Positions 58,880 through 64,000 of a DNA stretch of 64,000 nt are shown in pieces; position 1 is the first letter of the stretch; each line of letters opens with the position of its first letter. This DNA is from Candidatus Levyibacteriota bacterium (GTDB lineage: Bacteria > Patescibacteriota > Microgenomatia > Levybacterales > UBA12049). The stretch is taken from positions 9,645-73,644 of the forward strand of contig JACPLG010000003.1 of assembly GCA_016186625.1 (NCBI GenBank), written 5' to 3'. The notes beneath the pieces were generated by a model. That model did not search any database, was not told the origin of the DNA, and saw nothing but the letters and a program-made list of their open reading frames with translations. The translations under genes and the position numbers were made by a program.

Positions 58880-59943
58880 TGGAAATTGATTTAAACAAAT
58901 TTATTTTTTTTCCTTTTCTAGCTGCTTTTTTTACTACTGTAATAATTACTCCGTTATCTTTGATTTTAATTAAAAAATTCGGAATAGTTGATGATCCGGC
59001 GGTAAGACGTCATCCTGGCATAATTCATTCGAAGCCAATTCCTAGGGGCGGAGGAATTCCTTTATTTCTTGGAGCTTTAATTGCCGGAGTTTTATTTCTA
59101 CCAATAAATAAAATTCTTGGGGCTATATTTTTTGCTTCTTTTATTGCTCTTGTTACAGGGGTTCTTGATGACAAATATGATCTTTCCCCATATTTAAGGT
59201 TCATAATAAATATAATCTGCGCGTTAATAATAGTGGCTGCCGGGGTGAGTATTAATTTTATAACTAACCCTTTAGGCGGAATTTTGTATTTAGATGAGAT
59301 TCGAATTGGAGTCATTGCCTTATCTGATGTTGCAGCTATACTTTGGATAGTTTGGGTTATGAATATGCTCAATTGGAGCAAAGGGGTTGATGGTCAAATG
59401 CCGGGAATTGTTGCTATTTCTGCAATTTTTATTGGAATTTTGAGCATGAGGTTTGGAGTTGGAGATATTTTAACTCAGACAACTACTTCACTCTCTTTCA
59501 TAATTGCCGGTGCTTCGCTCGGATTTTTAATATATAACTTTCATCCGGCTAAAATTTTTCCGGGATACGGTGCAACATCAATTTATCTACTGCTTGCTGT
59601 TGTATCCATATTATCAAGCGCAAAACTTGCAACAGCAATTTTGGTCATGGGAGTCCCGCTTGCGGACGGAGCTTTTACAATTATTAGAAGAATTATAACC
59701 GGGCGCTCTCCTTTCTGGCATGATAAAAAACACCTGCACCATCTTCTTCTTTCAACCGGCGCAGGGCAGAGGCAAATTGCGTTGTTTTACTGGATTATTT
59801 CTGCTATATTTGGGGCGCTGGCATTGATTTTGTCCAGTCGCGGCAAAATTTTTGCCATAATAATGCTAGTCATAATTGTAGGAGGAGTCCTTCTTTTTTT
59901 AAATTATTTGATTGGAAAGAAAAATGGGGCGCAAAATATATAA
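58879..59943 (+). CDS. MraY/WecA-family polyprenyl-phosphate sugar-1-phosphate transferase
   Basis: PRGGG, GVLDD, NW..GVDG, YNFHPAKIF and HLHH motifs. Confidence 0.9.
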   Translation: MEIDLNKFIFFPFLAAFFTTVIITPLSLILIKKFGIVDDPAVRRHPGIIHSKPIPRGGGIPLFLGALIAGVLFLPINKILGAIFFASFIALVTGVLDDKYDLSPYLRFIINIICALIIVAAGVSINFITNPLGGILYLDEIRIGVIALSDVAAILWIVWVMNMLNWSKGVDGQMPGIVAISAIFIGILSMRFGVGDILTQTTTSLSFIIAGASLGFLIYNFHPAKIFPGYGATSIYLLLAVVSILSSAKLATAILVMGVPLADGAFTIIRRIITGRSPFWHDKKHLHHLLLSTGAGQRQIALFYWIISAIFGALALILSSRGKIFAIIMLVIIVGGVLLFLNYLIGKKNGAQNI

Positions 59944-60871
59944 CACCATAAGGCTTCTAAGACCCCGCCAGTGGGTAAAAAATTTAGCGATTTTTGCAGC
60001 AGTTACTTTCACTGGTGAACTCTTCAACCCTATCGCCACTGCTCCCGTAATTTTGGGTTTCTTTATTTTTTGTGCAATTTCATCAGCAAGCTATATTATC
60101 AATGATATTTTTGATATCAAAAGTGACAAAATGCATCCGTTCAAAAAATTTAGACCGCTTGCCCATGGAGACATTGGGGTACAATTCGCCTCAGTTCTTG
60201 CATTTTTTCTGATAGTTGTTTCTATTATTCTATCGCTACTTATTGGGCCTACTTTTTTTCTTTTCATAATCGTTTACATTCTTCTGCAAATATTTTATTC
60301 AACACTTCTTAAAACAATTACTGTTATTGACATTCTGGCAATTGCCGCAGGTTATATTCTTAGAGTTTTGGGGGGGGAAATTGCAAGCGGATACCATATT
60401 TCTGTTTGGTTACTTTTAACTACAATTTCCATTTCATTATTCTTAGCAATTGGCAAAAGAAGATCAGAATTAACACTTCTTGCTGCAAGTAAAATTGAAA
60501 ATATTTCAGCAACCAGAAAAACTCTTTCCCACTATTCAGAAAGGCTTTTGGATGTTTATGCATCAGTTTTTGCGACTTCAACATTTATTGCTTATTCTCT
60601 ATTTACCTTTTTGGAAAACCCTAAGGGAATCCACCTCTCTATAGGAGATATATTTTTATCTGATTTTCTCCCGGGCTTTTTCCAAAGGAAATGGCTTATG
60701 TTAACAATAATTCCGGTTGTCTATGGGCTTATGCGCTATCTTCAGGATATTTATGAAAAACATGAAGGAGAAAGTCCAGAAAGAGTACTTTTCTCTGATA
60801 AACCTTTGCTTGCAACAGTAACGTTTTGGGCTCTTTTAGTAATCTTTATAATTTATTTTGTGGGACCTTAA
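59924..60871 (+). CDS. UbiA-family decaprenyl-phosphate phosphoribosyltransferase-like
   Basis: RPRQWVKN, YIINDIFD..D..HP.K..RP and KRRSE motifs. Confidence 0.88.
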   Translation: MGRKIYNTIRLLRPRQWVKNLAIFAAVTFTGELFNPIATAPVILGFFIFCAISSASYIINDIFDIKSDKMHPFKKFRPLAHGDIGVQFASVLAFFLIVVSIILSLLIGPTFFLFIIVYILLQIFYSTLLKTITVIDILAIAAGYILRVLGGEIASGYHISVWLLLTTISISLFLAIGKRRSELTLLAASKIENISATRKTLSHYSERLLDVYASVFATSTFIAYSLFTFLENPKGIHLSIGDIFLSDFLPGFFQRKWLMLTIIPVVYGLMRYLQDIYEKHEGESPERVLFSDKPLLATVTFWALLVIFIIYFVGP

Positions 60872-61696
60872 TTACTCTTTTCTGGCATAAGTTGAGCTAA
60901 TCCAGCCCGTCCTCCCATCCAAAAGCTTCACTTCATACCAACCTTCTTCTTCTGAAATAAGATCTAGGATTTGGCCAGGATTTGCTGTGGTAACCAGCTC
61001 TGATCCGATAGATTTTTCGCTTCTCACATTAAGATATCCTGTTGGTGTATCAAGCACCACTACTTTAGGAATTGCGATAGAGGGTGTTGTTGTTCTTGAT
61101 TTTTCGTTTAGATCCATTTTTATCCCAAGATTCATGGTTACTTCCAGTTTTTTACCTAAAACTCCTTTAACTTTAATAACTTTTTCTTTATATCCGTCTT
61201 TTAATAATTTAATTTCGTGGTCCGATGGCGTAATATCCACAAAGTATGGTGTTTCTCCCACAATATTACTGTCTAAAACTACCTGGGCTTTGTTTGGAAA
61301 AGAGACTATAAGAAGTTGGGCTACTTGCCTATCATCAATTGGAGATAAAGTTATAACTGTTGCAGAGGAGGCGGCAGTCTCTTTATCAAAAGTTCTATCA
61401 ACTACAGTCAGAACGCCTTCATAAAGAGTAATTTTTTGCTCAAATGTCTTATAACCCGACTGGCCTGGAACAAGTTTTATATTGTAATCTCCAATTTCTA
61501 AAAGCTGGGGAAGTTCACACAAGCAAAGCGGAGTTTTGCCAATATATTTTCCTTCCAAAAATATTTGGCTAGAAGGGATAGATGTAACTTGCAGGGCACC
61601 TTTGCCGGAATTCCTGTTAATAACAATAACAATTAACAAAAATAATATCGTCAGAATTAAAAGTGGAGTCAAAAAAAGAATAATTTTTCGAAACAT
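60872..61696 (-). CDS. PEGA- and SH3b-domain membrane-anchored protein
   Basis: LQVTSIP..GKTP, VSFP..GETP and YLNVR..GWYEV..GWIS motifs. Confidence 0.85.
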   Translation of the reverse strand: MFRKIILFLTPLLILTILFLLIVIVINRNSGKGALQVTSIPSSQIFLEGKYIGKTPLCLCELPQLLEIGDYNIKLVPGQSGYKTFEQKITLYEGVLTVVDRTFDKETAASSATVITLSPIDDRQVAQLLIVSFPNKAQVVLDSNIVGETPYFVDITPSDHEIKLLKDGYKEKVIKVKGVLGKKLEVTMNLGIKMDLNEKSRTTTPSIAIPKVVVLDTPTGYLNVRSEKSIGSELVTTANPGQILDLISEEEGWYEVKLLDGRTGWISSTYARKE

Positions 61697-61750
61697 GGCT
61701 AGGTTTTAAATATAGCACAGGCGAGGAAGTTAGAGCAATTAAATAGCTAG

Positions 61751-61778
61751 TTGACTAATCAATTTTGGTCTCTATAAT
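61751..61778 (+). promoter_or_regulatory. Promoter TTGACT-16-TATAAT of pyrF-pyrE
   Basis: Near-consensus boxes ending 17 nt before the ATG. Confidence 0.6.
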
Positions 61779-61795
61779 AACCTTATTGCCCGCTT

Positions 61796-63274
61796 ATGGC
61801 TTCTTTATTTATTAGCAAACTTGAAAAACAATGGGCAGAGGATAAATTTGTCTGCATAGGGCTAGACCCGATCCCCGAAAAGCTCCCTAAAAAAATAAAA
61901 TCTTTTTTTGAATTCAATAAGTCAATAATTGACGCGACTTACGATATTGTTCTTGCTTACAAACCAAACTCCGCTTTTTATGAAGCATTAGGTACAGAAG
62001 GAATTAAACAACTTAAAAAAACAGTGGATTACATCAAGAAAAATCATACACAAATTCCAACAATACTTGATGCTAAAAGAGCGGATATCGGCAGCACTAA
62101 TGAGGGCTATGCCACTTATGCATTTGACTACTTGGGAGTGGATGCAATTACCATTCAGCCATATTTTGGACAAGAAGCAGTTGAACCGTTTCTTAAAAGA
62201 AAAGATAAGGGAGTAATAGTTTTAGCGCGGACGTCAAACCCGGGAGCCGGGGAATTTCAAGACATAAAAAACAAAAATGGCGAACCTTTATATTTAACAG
62301 TCGCGCAGAAAGTTTCCAAACAATGGAATATCAATGGAAATTGTTGCTTAGTAGTGGGCGCAACTTATCCCAATGAACTTTCAATAATAAGAAAGGCTGT
62401 GGGAGATATTCCTTTTCTTATTCCGGGGATTGGGGCTCAAGGGGCAGATGTTGAAAAAACAGTGAGAGCAGGAATGGACAGCCGTGGTTGGGGAATGATA
62501 ATTCATTCATCCCGCGCTATTATCTTTGCAAGTAGCGGTGCCGATTTTGCGCAGGCGGCAAGACAAAAAGCAAAAGAGTTAAATGATGCAATAAATTTAG
62601 CAAGGGGTGTTAAAAAAACAGATAGCAAAAAATTAACAAGTGCCCAGAAAAAACTATCTTTACATCTATTTGATATTGGCGCAGTAAAATTCGGCGCTTT
62701 TAAACTAAAACTACATGACAAACATCCAAACGCTCCCCTTTCTCCAATTTATATTGACCTTAGAGTTTTAAGAAGAACTCCAGCCGCAAAAGACGCAGCA
62801 ATTAAGGTTTATAAGGAATTAGTCCGGCCTTTAAAATTTGACTTAATAGCGGATATTCCAACTGCTGCAACTCCTCTTGCTTCTTCTCTCTCGGATAAAC
62901 TAAAAATCGGAATGATCACTCCTCGTGCTGATAAAAAAACTCATGGGAGCGGTGCAAAAGTAGATGGAATGCTTTCAAAAGATAAAGGAAAATGGGCCAT
63001 CTTGATAGACGATTTGGTAACTCGTGCCGATTCCAAATTGGAGGCAGCAAAAACATTAAGAGGTTCAGGAGTAAAAGTTAGAGATGTTGTAGTTTTGATT
63101 GATAGGCAGCAAGGAGGAGAAAAGGAAATGGCCAAAAACAAACTTAAGCTACATAGTGCATTCACAATGCAACAAATGCTGGATTATTTTTTGGAAGTAA
63201 AACGCTTAAGCAAAAAAGAATACGACACTATTTTACAGGGAATCGAATCCCTTAATAACTATTTAAAACCTTAG
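61796..63274 (+). CDS. pyrF: Fused OMP decarboxylase (PyrF) and orotate phosphoribosyltransferase (PyrE)
   Basis: CIGLDP, DAKRADIGST and PGIGAQG, then FGAFKLK, SPIYIDLR and LIDDLVT. Confidence 0.93.
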   Translation: MASLFISKLEKQWAEDKFVCIGLDPIPEKLPKKIKSFFEFNKSIIDATYDIVLAYKPNSAFYEALGTEGIKQLKKTVDYIKKNHTQIPTILDAKRADIGSTNEGYATYAFDYLGVDAITIQPYFGQEAVEPFLKRKDKGVIVLARTSNPGAGEFQDIKNKNGEPLYLTVAQKVSKQWNINGNCCLVVGATYPNELSIIRKAVGDIPFLIPGIGAQGADVEKTVRAGMDSRGWGMIIHSSRAIIFASSGADFAQAARQKAKELNDAINLARGVKKTDSKKLTSAQKKLSLHLFDIGAVKFGAFKLKLHDKHPNAPLSPIYIDLRVLRRTPAAKDAAIKVYKELVRPLKFDLIADIPTAATPLASSLSDKLKIGMITPRADKKTHGSGAKVDGMLSKDKGKWAILIDDLVTRADSKLEAAKTLRGSGVKVRDVVVLIDRQQGGEKEMAKNKLKLHSAFTMQQMLDYFLEVKRLSKKEYDTILQGIESLNNYLKP

Positions 63275-64000
63275 TAATCCATCCCGCCGGGGGGCACTCC
63301 GGGAGTTGCTTCCTTTTTCTCAGGAAGATCTGTAATTAGCGCTTCAGTAGTCAAAATCATTGTTGCGACAGAGATTGCATTCTGAACTGCAGTTCGGACC
63401 ACCTTTAAAGGATCTACAATTCCTGCTTTTAACATGTCAACCGGTTGGGCTGTTTCAGCGGATTCCAAACTAAGAACGTCAAACCCTTGTCCGGTTGCTG
63501 ATGCCTCTTTTGCTTTCGCAATTAACTGTCCTGGGTCAAATCCTGCATTTTCTATGAGTTTTTTAAATGGTGCTTCGAGTGCGTTCTTAACAATTTCATA
63601 TCCCGAAACTTCGTCTCGTGAAGCTTTAGAATTATCAATCTTCATTCTGTTTGCAATATCAAGAAGCGCTATTGCTCCTCCAGGGACAATTCCTTCTTCA
63701 AGTGCTGCTTTTGTTGCTGAAACAGCATCGTTAACTCTTTCTTTTTTATCTTTTAGCTCAACTTCAGTTGCGGCTCCAACATTTATTACTGCAACTCCGC
63801 CGGTTAACTTAGCCAGTCTCTCCTGAAGTTTTTCGCGGTCAAACTCAGAAGTTGTCGTTTCAATTGCCCGTCTTATTTGGGCAATCCTTGCCTCAAGTGC
63901 CTTTTTATTTCCTTTTCCACCGATAATTCTTGCGTTTTCTTTGTCAGCCCAGACTTTATCTGCTCTTCCACACATCTCAACTGTTACATTTTCAAATTTT
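63271..64000 (-). CDS. groL: Chaperonin GroEL, C-terminal part (5' end outside window)
   Basis: DREKLQERLAKL, EEGIVPGG and GIVDP.KV motifs. Confidence 0.97.
   Translation of the reverse strand, partial: KFENVTVEMCGRADKVWADKENARIIGGKGNKKALEARIAQIRRAIETTTSEFDREKLQERLAKLTGGVAVINVGAATEVELKDKKERVNDAVSATKAALEEGIVPGGAIALLDIANRMKIDNSKASRDEVSGYEIVKNALEAPFKKLIENAGFDPGQLIAKAKEASATGQGFDVLSLESAETAQPVDMLKAGIVDPLKVVRTAVQNAISVATMILTTEALITDLPEKKEATPGVPPGGMDY

Noticed and set aside
10999-63826. Many antisense or alternate-frame ORFs in the track (e.g. 12452..13036, 37247..37810, 34407..34862)
   Set aside because: They are shadows of well-supported housekeeping genes.

Overview
64 kb of an AT-rich bacterial chromosome using the standard code (TGA is a stop). 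Gene content and style point to a Patescibacteria/CPR organism, probably Microgenomates; this is inference from short alaS/infB/hrcA/Lon, the sortase plus baseplate-J-like gene pair, and CPR-style palindromic repeats. Positions 1-8.8 kb are an accessory/defence island. It holds an ArsR regulator with three covarying hairpins, and a LexA-like repressor heading an HNH, SNase, HEPN and orphan gene array whose junctions carry a 32-bp direct repeat. It also holds a type IIG-like R-M gene split by one in-frame TAA, and a DUF3800 (RNase H-fold) gene facing a promoter-driven three-way-junction small RNA. The rest is mostly housekeeping: alaS, mltG, ftsK, rnj, pnp, rpsO, infB, nusA, pyrC/pyrD, a pyrF-pyrE fusion, hrcA-grpE-dnaK-glmS-dnaJ with a CIRCE, metG, tatD, a glycosylation cluster and partial groEL. 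A second cassette-like array at 42.5-44.2 kb has three genes sharing one promoter/leader. Leaderless promoters are pervasive, and short palindromic or heptamer repeats sit in-frame inside conserved genes. No rRNA, tRNA, CRISPR array, integrase or transposase was recognised.
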